DNA of 64,000 nucleotides from Verrucomicrobiota bacterium (GTDB taxonomy: Bacteria > Verrucomicrobiota > Verrucomicrobiia > Chthoniobacterales > UBA6821): NCBI GenBank assembly GCA_021413925.1, contig JAIOPL010000023.1, positions 13,640 through 77,639 of the forward strand. The letters are read 5' to 3'. Positions 1 to 8,384 of the stretch are shown here, piece after piece. Within the stretch, counting starts at the first letter, position 1. Every line of letters begins with the position of its first letter. A model generated the notes under the pieces. The model saw nothing but the letters and a program-made list of their open reading frames with translations, did no database searches and was not told the DNA's origin. Both the position numbers and the translations under genes were made by a program.

Positions 1-598
1 GGACATGGCTGAACATCATGAACGAGAGGAAGAGCAGAAGAACAGGTAGTGCGAATTTCCACTTCCCGATCGTCCGTTCCCCCTCCTGCAGCCAGAGCAT
101 GAAGAGTGTGAGCGAGGCGATCAGTCCGGCAGCGGCTGGAATGGGAAAGCCCATGAACTCATTCGAGTGCTCCTTCACCTCGTTGGGATCCTTGACGGCG
201 GCGGCGATGCAGTTGAACCGGGCCAGCCGCAGCGTGCCGCAGAGCAGATAAACGAACGCGATCACCCAGCCGGTCTTGTGGAAGTCCTTCAGCACGATCT
301 GGTAGACCAGCAGGGCCGGGGCCAGCCCAAAGGAGACCACGTCGGCCAAGGAATCGAACTCCCTTCCAAAGGGACTCTCATGCCCGCCGAGCCGGGCCAC
401 ACGTCCATCGAGCAGGTCAAAGACGCAGGCACCCAGGATGAATGCCAGCGCCTCATGATAACAGTTGGTGACCGGCTCACCGCCATTATTCAGGAGAGCA
501 GCCTCGATGATCTTAAGCACCGCTGCGAAACCACAGAAGAGGTTGCCTGCCGTCATCAAATTCGGCAGAAGGTAAATCTTCGGCTCGTGTTTATTCAT
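1..598 (-). CDS. pssA: CDP-diacylglycerol--serine O-phosphatidyltransferase (partial; the C-terminus runs off the window edge)
   Basis: Absent from the ORF track because it has no stop codon in the window. My translation of the minus strand from the ATG at 598-596 gives MNKHEPKIYLLPNLMTAGNLFCGF...DLLDGRVARLGGHESPFGREFDSLAD. This is the CDP-alcohol phosphatidyltransferase motif D-x2-D-G-x2-A-R-x8-G-x3-D-x3-D. It lies 25 bp downstream of psd. Confidence 0.85.
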   Translation of the reverse strand, partial: MNKHEPKIYLLPNLMTAGNLFCGFAAVLKIIEAALLNNGGEPVTNCYHEALAFILGACVFDLLDGRVARLGGHESPFGREFDSLADVVSFGLAPALLVYQIVLKDFHKTGWVIAFVYLLCGTLRLARFNCIAAAVKDPNEVKEHSNEFMGFPIPAAAGLIASLTLFMLWLQEGERTIGKWKFALPVLLLFLSFMMFSHV

Positions 599-623
599 AA
601 CTGATGAGGAAAACGACTGATAC

Positions 624-1292
624 TCAGGCTAACAGGCGAGCGACTGCTGTCTCGCCACCTTTGACCTTCTCTCCCACCGAGACAAAGACTTCGGCATTAA
701 GAGGAAGATAGAGATCAGTGCGTGAGCCGAAGCGGATCATACCAAAGCGCTCGCCGCGCTCCATACTCTCGCCGAGTTGAGCCCAGGGGACGATCCGCCG
801 GGCGATCGCCCCGGTGATTTGCTTCACCGCAACAGCACGCTCTAGATCATCCTTGGAACCGAAGACCCAGAAAAGACTCTCATTGAGCGCCGAGGCCTCG
901 GGATGACGGGCATCGAGGTAGAGACCGCCGCGCCCCTCGGTGAAGAGTACCTCACCTGCGACCGGGCTGCGGTTCACATGGACATCGAATACCGAGAGAA
1001 AGATCGAGATGCGCTTCATCCGGCGCTTGAAGAACTGCTCCTCTTCAACCTCATCAACAAGAGTCACCGTCCCGTCGGCTGGAGAAACAGCAAGGGAGGT
1101 GTCAGTTGGCGGTTTGCGTTCCGGATCACGGAAAAACCAGAGACAGAAAAGAAGCAGTCCACCCGTAATAACCGGAGGGAGGAAGGAATGAAATAGCCTG
1201 GTTTCGGAGGCAACGTTTGCAAGGATAAGGATCAAAAAAATCCACCGCCCCTCATACATTGCTCTGGCTGGCCTTGGTTTCTGAAAGCTCAT
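624..1292 (-). CDS. psd: phosphatidylserine decarboxylase proenzyme (short Asd/Psd type)
   Basis: 222-aa ORF with an N-terminal membrane segment and a C-terminal FGSRTD, which fits the G-S self-cleavage site of pyruvoyl-dependent decarboxylases. It is adjacent to pssA. Met12 is a possible alternative start. Confidence 0.8.
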   Translation of the reverse strand: MSFQKPRPARAMYEGRWIFLILILANVASETRLFHSFLPPVITGGLLLFCLWFFRDPERKPPTDTSLAVSPADGTVTLVDEVEEEQFFKRRMKRISIFLSVFDVHVNRSPVAGEVLFTEGRGGLYLDARHPEASALNESLFWVFGSKDDLERAVAVKQITGAIARRIVPWAQLGESMERGERFGMIRFGSRTDLYLPLNAEVFVSVGEKVKGGETAVARLLA

Positions 1293-1508
1293 GTGGCCAA
1301 AACCCTAGAACGGACCCTCATCCCATCGCGAGCTGATAAATCAAGGGTCTTTCATTTGTCTACCGATCGTCCCCGATCAGGCATCCTCTCCCGCTAATGC
1401 GGGATCGGACTTCTCGGCAACGGCCTCGAATGACTAAGCCGCCTTCCCAGGCGCCTTTTCTTGAGTTCCTGAGTTCCATATTAAAAATCTTTGGATTATC
1501 TTTCCTCC

Positions 1509-2060
1509 ATGCAGAACGCCACCATTGAAGCCCACCCCGACCTGACCATGGAGGAGCTTCTAGGGATTTTTCCGGGAGCGCGCCGCACACTCTTTCAGCT
1601 TCACCATATTGGTGGTTGCAGCAGTTGCGGATTTTCACCCAGCGAAACTCTGACTCAGATCTGCGCACGCAACGGCGAATTGGATCCGCTCGCGGTTCTG
1701 GGCGAAATCAAGGAGGGACACCACAAGGACGAGGCACTCCTGATTTCTCCTGCCGACCTCTTTGCCCGGATTGCTGATCCCTCCATACGTCTCCTCGACA
1801 TCCGGACACGCGAGGAGTTTGAGGCAGTTGCAATCCCCGGCAGTCGCTTCATGACGCAGGAGATCATGCAGGAATCCATAAACTGGCCGAAAGAGACAGA
1901 GATTATCCTGATCGATCACACCGGCGGACGCGTACTGGATGCAGCCGCCTACTTCGCTGGCCATGGATTCACTGGGGTCAAGGGACTCAAAGGCGGCATC
2001 GATGCCTATTCCGAGCATGCAGATCCTTCTCTTCCCCGCTACACTACTGAGGCGGCCTAA
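1509..2060 (+). CDS. DUF1858-like redox-disulfide domain fused to a rhodanese-homology domain that lacks the catalytic Cys
   Basis: The N-terminus (EELLGIFPGARRTLFQLHHIGGCSSCGFSPSETL) looks like the DUF1858/ScdA_N type. The C-terminus (LLDIRTREEFEAVAIPGS...IILIDHTGGRVLDAAAYF...GGIDAYS) is a rhodanese fold, but the active-site loop reads IDHTGGR with no Cys. I chose ATG 1509 over TTG 1491. Confidence 0.7.
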   Translation: MQNATIEAHPDLTMEELLGIFPGARRTLFQLHHIGGCSSCGFSPSETLTQICARNGELDPLAVLGEIKEGHHKDEALLISPADLFARIADPSIRLLDIRTREEFEAVAIPGSRFMTQEIMQESINWPKETEIILIDHTGGRVLDAAAYFAGHGFTGVKGLKGGIDAYSEHADPSLPRYTTEAA

Positions 2061-2099
2061 GATTTCACGGACTCTCACCCATTTCCAATCACCTATTCC

Positions 2100-2594
2100 A
2101 TGAGCAACGATCAGACTCAATCCGTAGAAGCCGCTGCCAAGAATCCGAAAAACCTTGGTGAGATGGAGAATGCAGATGCCGTCGGCACCGTAGGCCGGAG
2201 TGATTGCGGTGACATGCTTCGGATGTGGGTGAAGTTCAAGGAGGAAGACGGCCGCAAGGTGATCGACCGGGCCACCTTCCAGACCTTCGGCTGCCAGACA
2301 GCCATCGCCGTGGCGAGTGTCGCTACCGAAATGATCAGGGGTAAGACTGCCGCCGAGGCACTCTCCATGAGTGGAGAGGAACTCTCATCACCTCTCGGCC
2401 CCCTCCCCCCGATGAAGATCCACTGCGCCCAACTCGTCGAAGATGCACTCCGTTCAGCCCTCGATTCGGCGACATCCGTGACAGAAGCTCCTATGGCGCC
2501 TTCTGCTCAAACTGGTCCCACTCTTTCCGACCAGATCACCCCCACCTCGGGAAAAGTCAAAATCACACTTCTACCAAAAGCTCCGACGGCATAG
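2100..2594 (+). CDS. iscU: IscU/NifU-N-type Fe-S cluster scaffold protein with a 40-aa C-terminal tail
   Basis: The three scaffold cysteines sit in canonical contexts: GRSDCGDMLRMW, FQTFGCQTAIA and KIHCAQLVEDAL. Confidence 0.85.
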   Translation: MSNDQTQSVEAAAKNPKNLGEMENADAVGTVGRSDCGDMLRMWVKFKEEDGRKVIDRATFQTFGCQTAIAVASVATEMIRGKTAAEALSMSGEELSSPLGPLPPMKIHCAQLVEDALRSALDSATSVTEAPMAPSAQTGPTLSDQITPTSGKVKITLLPKAPTA

Positions 2595-2603
2595 TCTCAC
2601 CTA

Positions 2604-3149
2604 ATGAACTCTCAACAAGAAATCGTCCTCAAGCGCGACACCGACGCGATCCAGATCCCGAGCGGTAATCCGCTCCAGCTTCCCGCAGGCACTAAGGTCA
2701 TGGTCACCCAGTCCCTGGGTGGCACCTACACCGTGGCAACTCCCGGAGGACTTGCCCGTATCGATGAAAAGGATGCCGACGCCTTGGGCCTCGAAGCTTC
2801 CGCCCCCACAGAACTTGTCAAGACAGCCGTCGAGGGATCCCTCGAAGAGGCCGTCTGGAATCAGCTCAAGACCGTCTTTGATCCCGAGATTCCGGTCAAT
2901 GTGGTCGATCTGGGTCTAATCTACGAGTGCCAGCTCCAGCATCCTGAGGAGGGAGTCACCAAGGCCCATGTGAAGATGACTCTGACCGCCCCGGGTTGCG
3001 GCATGGGCCCGACCATCGCCGCCGATGCCCGAGGCAAGATCCTGACCCTGGAGGGAATCGATGAGGCCGAAGTGGAACTCGTTTGGGACCCTGCCTGGAA
3101 CCAGAGCATGATCAGCGAGGCCGGTCGCATGAAACTGGGCTTGGTGTGA
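2604..3149 (+). CDS. sufT: SufT-like Fe-S assembly protein (long DUF59/MIP18 family)
   Basis: The C-terminal DUF59 core reads LKTVFDPEIPVNVVDLGLIYE...MTLTAPGCGMGP...VELVWDPAWN. The length of about 180 aa is typical of long SufT. Confidence 0.8.
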   Translation: MNSQQEIVLKRDTDAIQIPSGNPLQLPAGTKVMVTQSLGGTYTVATPGGLARIDEKDADALGLEASAPTELVKTAVEGSLEEAVWNQLKTVFDPEIPVNVVDLGLIYECQLQHPEEGVTKAHVKMTLTAPGCGMGPTIAADARGKILTLEGIDEAEVELVWDPAWNQSMISEAGRMKLGLV

Positions 3150-3166
3150 ACCGCTGAAAGCGGCTC

Positions 3167-3287
3167 GTTGAACGGTTGAAAAGTTGAGCTGTTAGAGAGC
3201 AGAGTAGAACTGATCGATTCCAAATGACGATGGAGCAGAATACTTCCACACTTTAACTTCTCCACACTTCAACCTTTTCACTTCAGG
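3167..3287. repeat. imperfect inverted repeat with purine-rich periodic arms (family 2, GAACGGTTGAAAAGTT type)
   Basis: The left arm is GTTGAACGGTTGAAAAGTTGAG. The right arm, CTTCAACCTTTTCACTTCAGG, is partly complementary. The left arm is nearly identical to the arm at 4530. Confidence 0.4.
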
Positions 3288-3336
3288 TATTTTTTCAGTT
3301 GCCTTTTGCCCTTCAATTATCCATATTCCACGCCCC

Positions 3337-3492
3337 ATGAGCCAACATCCCAGCCTTAAAGGAAGCAGCACAATCGCTGCCAAACGCAGCGTGCTGAAGC
3401 GCTATGAGCGCGTTGAACTGCTCAAGAAGCGTGGTCAGTTCAAAGCCGGACAGCGCGTCATCGGCCTGCCCAAAACCAAGCCAGAAGCCTGA
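3337..3492 (+). CDS. small highly basic protein (51 aa)
   Basis: My own translation gives MSQHPSLKGSSTIAAKRSVLKRYERVELLKKRGQFKAGQRVIGLPKTKPEA. It is below the ORF-track size cutoff. From memory it resembles the small basic protein family restricted to Chlamydiae and Verrucomicrobia; this needs an HMM check. Confidence 0.55.
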   Translation: MSQHPSLKGSSTIAAKRSVLKRYERVELLKKRGQFKAGQRVIGLPKTKPEA

Positions 3493-3578
3493 TCCCTTTA
3501 CCGGATCATTCGCCCGAGGGAAGGCCGGTCACAACCGGTGAATCCCCAAGCACCAGGCGCACACCCAAAGAGACGGGT

Positions 3579-4541
3579 CTGCGCCTGAATCGTTTTTTAG
3601 CTGCGGCTGGCCTGGGTTCCCGTCGCTCCTGCGAGGAACTGATTCTCAAGGGAAGTGTTTCCATCAACGGCTCCGTTTGCCGCGATCTCTCGACCCGCGT
3701 CCTGTCGGAGGATGATGTGCGGCTAAGCGGGCGAGTCATTCATGCCTTCGCTCCCCGGACGATCGTGCTCAACAAACCCGCCGGCTACACATGCACCCGC
3801 AGCGACAAGCACGCGGAACGCACCATCTTCGACCTGCTTCCCTCAGACACGGGACACCTTTTTCATGTCGGGCGCCTCGACAAGGATAGCGAAGGGCTTC
3901 TGCTACTGACCAATGACGGGATTCTGGCTCAGGACCTGATGCACCCCTCCAAAGGGGTCGATAAGGAATACGAGGTAATCCTCGACAAGACCTTCACGGA
4001 CCGCGATGCAGCCTCACTCCGACGCGGCACCTGGATCGAGGGTTCGGTTGCAAGGATCGAGTCCGTACGCAACCTTGCACCGAATAAAATCCAGATCATC
4101 CTGCATCAGGGAATCAAGCGCCAGATCCGCGTCATGCTGGGTCAACTCGGGTTCAATGTGAAACGCCTTACCAGAGTGCGCCTTGGCCCTCTCACACTCC
4201 GTGGAATCAAGCCCGGCAGTTACCGTGATCTGCGTAAGGAGGATCTTGAGATTCTCCAAAAGGCACTAAAAGCACCCAAGCCGAAGAGGGAAAAGCCAGC
4301 GTTTCTTCGTAAACCGAGGGCCAAAACTCTTAGTGCCATCAAGGGTCCGCTCTTCACGGCAATGCCCTCGTCTTCCAAAGTATCCAAATCAACTCGATCG
4401 CCTAATTCAGCCAAGTCGCTTACTTCACCTCGCTCGGAGAGATCACTCGCGACACGCCCCGACTCAAAGGATCGACCGCCTGCCAGGCGCTCCCGCAGAG
4501 CCTCGCCGACTCTTAGAAGAATTAAAAAAGTGAACGGTTAA
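3579..4541 (+). CDS. RluB/RsuA-family rRNA pseudouridine synthase with an S4 domain and a basic C-terminal tail; the start codon is non-canonical or unresolved
   Basis: The track ORF starts at GTG 3717. The same frame is open from 3417 and encodes a complete S4 domain (LRLNRFLAAAGLGSRRSCEELILKGSVSINGSV) upstream of that GTG. The catalytic core is HVGRLDKDSEGLLLLTNDG. There is no in-frame ATG, GTG or TTG between 3417 and 3717, so CTG 3579 is given as the minimal start. Confidence 0.7.
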   Translation: MRLNRFLAAAGLGSRRSCEELILKGSVSINGSVCRDLSTRVLSEDDVRLSGRVIHAFAPRTIVLNKPAGYTCTRSDKHAERTIFDLLPSDTGHLFHVGRLDKDSEGLLLLTNDGILAQDLMHPSKGVDKEYEVILDKTFTDRDAASLRRGTWIEGSVARIESVRNLAPNKIQIILHQGIKRQIRVMLGQLGFNVKRLTRVRLGPLTLRGIKPGSYRDLRKEDLEILQKALKAPKPKREKPAFLRKPRAKTLSAIKGPLFTAMPSSSKVSKSTRSPNSAKSLTSPRSERSLATRPDSKDRPPARRSRRASPTLRRIKKVNG

Positions 4542-4639
4542 AAAGTTTCAAGAGAGAAGTCAGCAGATTCATTGAATTCATCCCTCTCAAGTGCTTCTTT
4601 TTAAGAAACCCACTTTCTCATACTTTAACCGATTGTCAC
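4530..4639. repeat. inverted repeat (family 2) between the pseudouridine synthase and ridA
   Basis: The left arm GTGAACGGTTAAAAAGTTTCAAGAGAGAAGT matches the reverse complement of the right arm, GTGACAATCGGTTAAAGTATGAGAAAGT. CGGTTAAA and GAGA(G)AAGT are shared. Confidence 0.5.
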
Positions 4640-4642
4640 TCC

Positions 4643-5053
4643 ATGAAGACCACGCACCGTACCATTCCGGGATGCCCCCCCGCTCTTGGCCCCTATTCTC
4701 TAGCTGTTCAGACCGCCTCACCTCTTCTCTTTGTCTCGGGCATGACCCCTTGGGATCCCGCCACAGGCAAGATCGAGCGCGGCACGATCGCCGAGCAGAC
4801 CCGTCTGGTTCTCGAAAACATCCGCCGGATCGTGACCGAGGCAGGAGGCGATCTTGCCGACACAGTCTCCTGCCGCGTCTACTTGGGAAAGATGACCTCG
4901 GAAAACTTCAAGGAACTCAATGCCGTCTACGCGGATTACTTCCCGGGAGAGAATCCCCCGGCACGCGCCACGATCGGAGCTCAGCTTCCGGGTGACTTTG
5001 ATGTCGAGATCGAGTGCGTGGTTGCCCTCAAAAACCAGGGACACAAAGCCTGA
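4643..5053 (+). CDS. ridA: RidA/YjgF/UK114-family reactive-intermediate deaminase
   Basis: The sequence PPALGPYSLAV...LFVSGMTP...TRLVLENIRRIVTEAGGDL...YFPGENPPARATIGAQLP...VEIECVA is typical of RidA. Confidence 0.85.
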   Translation: MKTTHRTIPGCPPALGPYSLAVQTASPLLFVSGMTPWDPATGKIERGTIAEQTRLVLENIRRIVTEAGGDLADTVSCRVYLGKMTSENFKELNAVYADYFPGENPPARATIGAQLPGDFDVEIECVVALKNQGHKA

Positions 5054-5778
5054 TGAAGCGCACCTGCCTGCTACTCCTGATTTCGATCACCTTCGCGCTG
5101 ACTCTCCGCGCACAGACCGGAACGGCCAACGAGTACATTGTGATCTCGGGAGGTCCTTCGCTGATAGAATGGGAAAAATTTAAAAAGGTCCCGCACGACC
5201 ACTGGTGGGCAAATTTTGTACGGGCGGCGCGCATCCGTCTCGGCGAACTCCGCGAGCAGCGTGGCGACGACGCCTTGATTACCTGGATGGTCTACAAGCC
5301 GGGCTACGAGCGTCGGGGAACCCGTCAGGAGAAACAGAACCTGCTCTTCAACATCGCGAGTGTTCAGCAGAAGTACAAACTCAACCTCGTCTACTTCAGC
5401 ACCCAGAAACAGTTGCTGGACTACATCAACGGGGGTACCAAGCAATACCCTCGCGACACCTGGAAGATAGCGAACCTTGAGTATTTCGGGCACTCTAACA
5501 AATGCTGCTTCATGTTCGATTACAGCAACGAGATCGACAGCGGCTCCAAGGTCTGGCTACACGAGACCGAGCTCAAGCAAATCGATCGCAATGACTTTGC
5601 ACCCCGTGCTTTTGTCAAGAGCTGGGGATGCCACACCGGGGAGAGCATGTGCGCCCTCTGGCGCAGGGCCACTGGTCAGCGCATGATCGGCGCCATCGGG
5701 TCGACAGATTATTCCGGCAGTGACGTGCCGGGATGGCATCCGACTCTTGGCAGCAGCACCGGCCGCTGGGTCCACTAA
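5053..5778 (+). CDS. secreted hypothetical protein
   Basis: ATG 5053 overlaps the ridA stop (TGATG). The signal peptide is MKRTCLLLLISITFALTLRAQ. I recognise no family. The motifs YFGHSN and SWGCHTGES are noted. Confidence 0.7.
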   Translation: MKRTCLLLLISITFALTLRAQTGTANEYIVISGGPSLIEWEKFKKVPHDHWWANFVRAARIRLGELREQRGDDALITWMVYKPGYERRGTRQEKQNLLFNIASVQQKYKLNLVYFSTQKQLLDYINGGTKQYPRDTWKIANLEYFGHSNKCCFMFDYSNEIDSGSKVWLHETELKQIDRNDFAPRAFVKSWGCHTGESMCALWRRATGQRMIGAIGSTDYSGSDVPGWHPTLGSSTGRWVH

Positions 5779-5805
5779 TCCCCAATATCCGGGGAAATCA
5801 TTATC

Positions 5806-6342
5806 GTGACCGACCACGCACCGGAGAGCTTTGTTGGAAAAGCGCTCCGATATTTCGGGCGAGCGATGATCCTGCGCTGCCCGGTCTGCGGCAAGTCGCC
5901 GGTCTTCGCTTCCCTGCTTAAAACCAGATCCCTGCGCGATTGGTTCTCCCCTCTGGATGGATGCCCCCGCTGCGGCTATCCCTACGAGCGTGAACCCGGT
6001 TACTTTCTTGCCTCGACCTGGGTCATCAATTACGGAGCGGGCAGCGTGCTGGGTATCGTCATTTATCTTGCCCTAGATCTCACTATCCATCCCCCCATCG
6101 GCTGGCTGCTTGCGGCTGTCCTGACTCCGATCGTTCTCTTCAACCTTCTCTTCGCCCGCCACTCCAAAACCCTCTTCATCGCGATCGATCATCTTTCCGA
6201 TCCCCATGAGAAAGATCCGGGCGAGGATGGCGGAAACTTGCCGAAACCGGATGCCCCGACCCGAGATTTGGGAGGACCGGCCAAGCCAACCCCTAAACCA
6301 AATCCAATTCCCGGACCAGAGTCCGAAGTTGCTCACCACTGA
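5806..6342 (+). CDS. DUF983-like zinc-ribbon membrane protein with a Pro-rich tail
   Basis: CPVCGKSPVF...CPRCGYPYEREPGYF is followed by two hydrophobic helices. The start codon is GTG. Confidence 0.65.
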   Translation: MTDHAPESFVGKALRYFGRAMILRCPVCGKSPVFASLLKTRSLRDWFSPLDGCPRCGYPYEREPGYFLASTWVINYGAGSVLGIVIYLALDLTIHPPIGWLLAAVLTPIVLFNLLFARHSKTLFIAIDHLSDPHEKDPGEDGGNLPKPDAPTRDLGGPAKPTPKPNPIPGPESEVAHH

Positions 6343-6430
6343 AACTGTCGCATAGAGGATTCTGGAGCGTCATAAACGCAACAGCGCATTGCCAGAGGGA
6401 CACAGCTGTTTTTAGTATAGTGCACAAGCC

Positions 6431-7606
6431 ATGTCCGAACTTCTCTATCTCGACCACAATGCCACCACTCCGATCGACCCCGAGGTGCGTGCCGCCATGC
6501 TGCCTTGGCTCGAGAATGAGTTCGGGAATCCCTCCAGTGTGTATGCGCTGGGACGCCGCGCCGCAGCGGCTCTGAGTAAAGCCCGGGAACAGGTTGCCTC
6601 GCTGGTCGGAGCCCAACCTTCCGAGATTATCTTCAACAGTTGCGGCACAGAAGCAACCAACACCGCTATCCTCTCTGCCCTCGCAATTGATCCTGACAAG
6701 CGCCACATCATCACCTCGGCGGTCGAGCACAGCGCGACCATCAAACTTTGCGAATATCTGGCCACACGCGGTTACGAGATCACCTGGCTACCCGTAGATA
6801 AGGATGGAATCCTTGATCCTGAAAAACTGGAATCTGCCATCACGGCCGACACCGCTGTCGTTTCACTGCTCTGGGCTAATAACGAAACCGGCGTCCTCTT
6901 CCCTATCGAGGAGATCGTATCCATTACAACGCGCCGGAAAGTTCCCCTTCATCTCGACGCCGTCCAGGCCGCGGGTAAGGTGCCGATCAACCTGGAAGAA
7001 CTTGGCGTCCAGTATGCCTCCCTCTCGGCCCACAAGCTCTATGCACCGAAAGGTGTCGGCGCTCTCTATGTAAACCGCCGCGCCCGCTACACCCCCCTGT
7101 TTCGTGGCAGTCAGGAGGAGAGCAAGCGGGGAGGAACTCAGAATGTCGCCTCGATCGTTGCCTTTGGGAAGGCTGCCGAGTTGGCACAGGCCCACCTCCT
7201 GATCGCAGCGGAACGGATAGGAAAACTACGTGATCATTTCGAGAAGACTCTTCTCTCCACCGTCGAAGGGACGCGACGGAACGGAACTGACGAACCGCGC
7301 CTCCCGAATACAAGCAACCTTACCTTCGCCGGAATCGAGGCCGAGACCGCCCTGCTTCTTTTTGACAAGGAAGGTCTCTGTTGCTCGGCAGGATCGGCCT
7401 GCAGCAGCGGATCAATCAACCCCTCCCATGTCCTCACCGCCATGGGCGTCAGCCGCGACGAGGCACGCGCAAGCCTCCGCTTCTCCTTCGGTCGCACAAC
7501 TACCGAAGCAGAGATCGACAGGGCCCTGGAAATCATCCCCCGCATCATCGCCAAACTTCGTGCAGCACAGCCTGCAGGCGGATCACCCGTTCATATCACA
7601 GACTGA
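6431..7606 (+). CDS. nifS: cysteine desulfurase, class I (NifS/IscS type)
   Basis: LYLDHNATTP, SCGTEATN, the PLP-lysine context SLSAHKLYAPKGVGALY, and the active-site loop SAGSACSSGS. Confidence 0.9.
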   Translation: MSELLYLDHNATTPIDPEVRAAMLPWLENEFGNPSSVYALGRRAAAALSKAREQVASLVGAQPSEIIFNSCGTEATNTAILSALAIDPDKRHIITSAVEHSATIKLCEYLATRGYEITWLPVDKDGILDPEKLESAITADTAVVSLLWANNETGVLFPIEEIVSITTRRKVPLHLDAVQAAGKVPINLEELGVQYASLSAHKLYAPKGVGALYVNRRARYTPLFRGSQEESKRGGTQNVASIVAFGKAAELAQAHLLIAAERIGKLRDHFEKTLLSTVEGTRRNGTDEPRLPNTSNLTFAGIEAETALLLFDKEGLCCSAGSACSSGSINPSHVLTAMGVSRDEARASLRFSFGRTTTEAEIDRALEIIPRIIAKLRAAQPAGGSPVHITD

Positions 7607-7620
7607 TTCCCGAGTTTACT

Positions 7621-7753
7621 CACAGCGATAAAGGGGATGAAAGGGATGAGGAATAAAGTTACAACCGGGAATAAAAAACCTGATTGGAATTCGTTTTTCA
7701 TTCCTCTCGGTCACCTTTTATTTTCCTATCAGTTCATCCCCTTTATCCCTGTG
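7621..7753. repeat. palindromic repeat, family 1, copy 1
   Basis: The left arm is CACAGCGATAAAGGGGATGAAAGGGATGAGG and the right arm is TTCATCCCCTTTATCCCTGTG. The terminal GTG (7751) serves as the lipoprotein start codon. Confidence 0.85.
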
Positions 7754-8209
7754 AAATATCTCTCCGCTCTGTTTGCCGCTGCCACACTCCTGCTCGCCGG
7801 CTGCCTCACCACCCCTGTTGAGAAATCCGGCGGCATGGGCTCCGTCACAGTTATCAACTCCAATCCCATGTCAATCATTGCGGCTGCGCAGTCCGTATTC
7901 CCGAATTACGGCTACAGCCCTGCGTTCGGCAACGACATCAACACCGTCTCCTTCGACAAGAACTCCAACCAACTGGCCAATGTCCTCTGGGGCAGCTATG
8001 GCGATCCCCAGACGATCAGGGTGAAGGTAAAAATCACTCCGATTCCGGGAACGACCAATTACAGAATCAGCCCCAAGGTCTATACCGTGAGTGACGTAGG
8101 CGTGGCGGGTTTTCAGAGCAAGCGCCCCTTGATCGGACTCTGGAATGCCGAGTTCGGACCACTGCTTAAAAAAGTGGCCGCACAGGCCTCTGGTGTCGGG
8201 GCACAATAA
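7751..8209 (+). CDS. lipoprotein, unknown function
   Basis: From GTG 7751 the N-terminus is (M)KYLSALFAAATLLLAGC, which is a textbook lipobox. The longer track ORF (7637) reads through the repeat arms. Confidence 0.7.
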   Translation: MKYLSALFAAATLLLAGCLTTPVEKSGGMGSVTVINSNPMSIIAAAQSVFPNYGYSPAFGNDINTVSFDKNSNQLANVLWGSYGDPQTIRVKVKITPIPGTTNYRISPKVYTVSDVGVAGFQSKRPLIGLWNAEFGPLLKKVAAQASGVGAQ

Positions 8210-8384
8210 AACAGGCGTTTTGTATCCACGGAAGCCCTAGCGAACAACTGATTCCACTGGTCACTCATCTCAGCCCTATTTGAGGGGGGCGACCACGGTC
8301 CTCTCTAAGGCAGTCTATATAGACCTCCAAGTACGAAACTCCTCAGATTAGGAATTGGGAGTTAAAAAGTATTTCCCTACGCAT

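Noticed and set aside
167-604. Plus-strand ORF 167-604 (145 aa), and ORF 18-251.
   Set aside because: Both are antisense to, or out of frame with, the clearly recognisable pssA gene on the minus strand.
7637-7750. N-terminal 38 aa of the track ORF 7637-8209 (MKGMRNKVTTGNKK...).
   Set aside because: This stretch is simply a read-through of repeat copy 1 (ATGAAAGGGATGAGG is the repeat arm). A start at GTG 7751 gives a perfect lipoprotein signal peptide.
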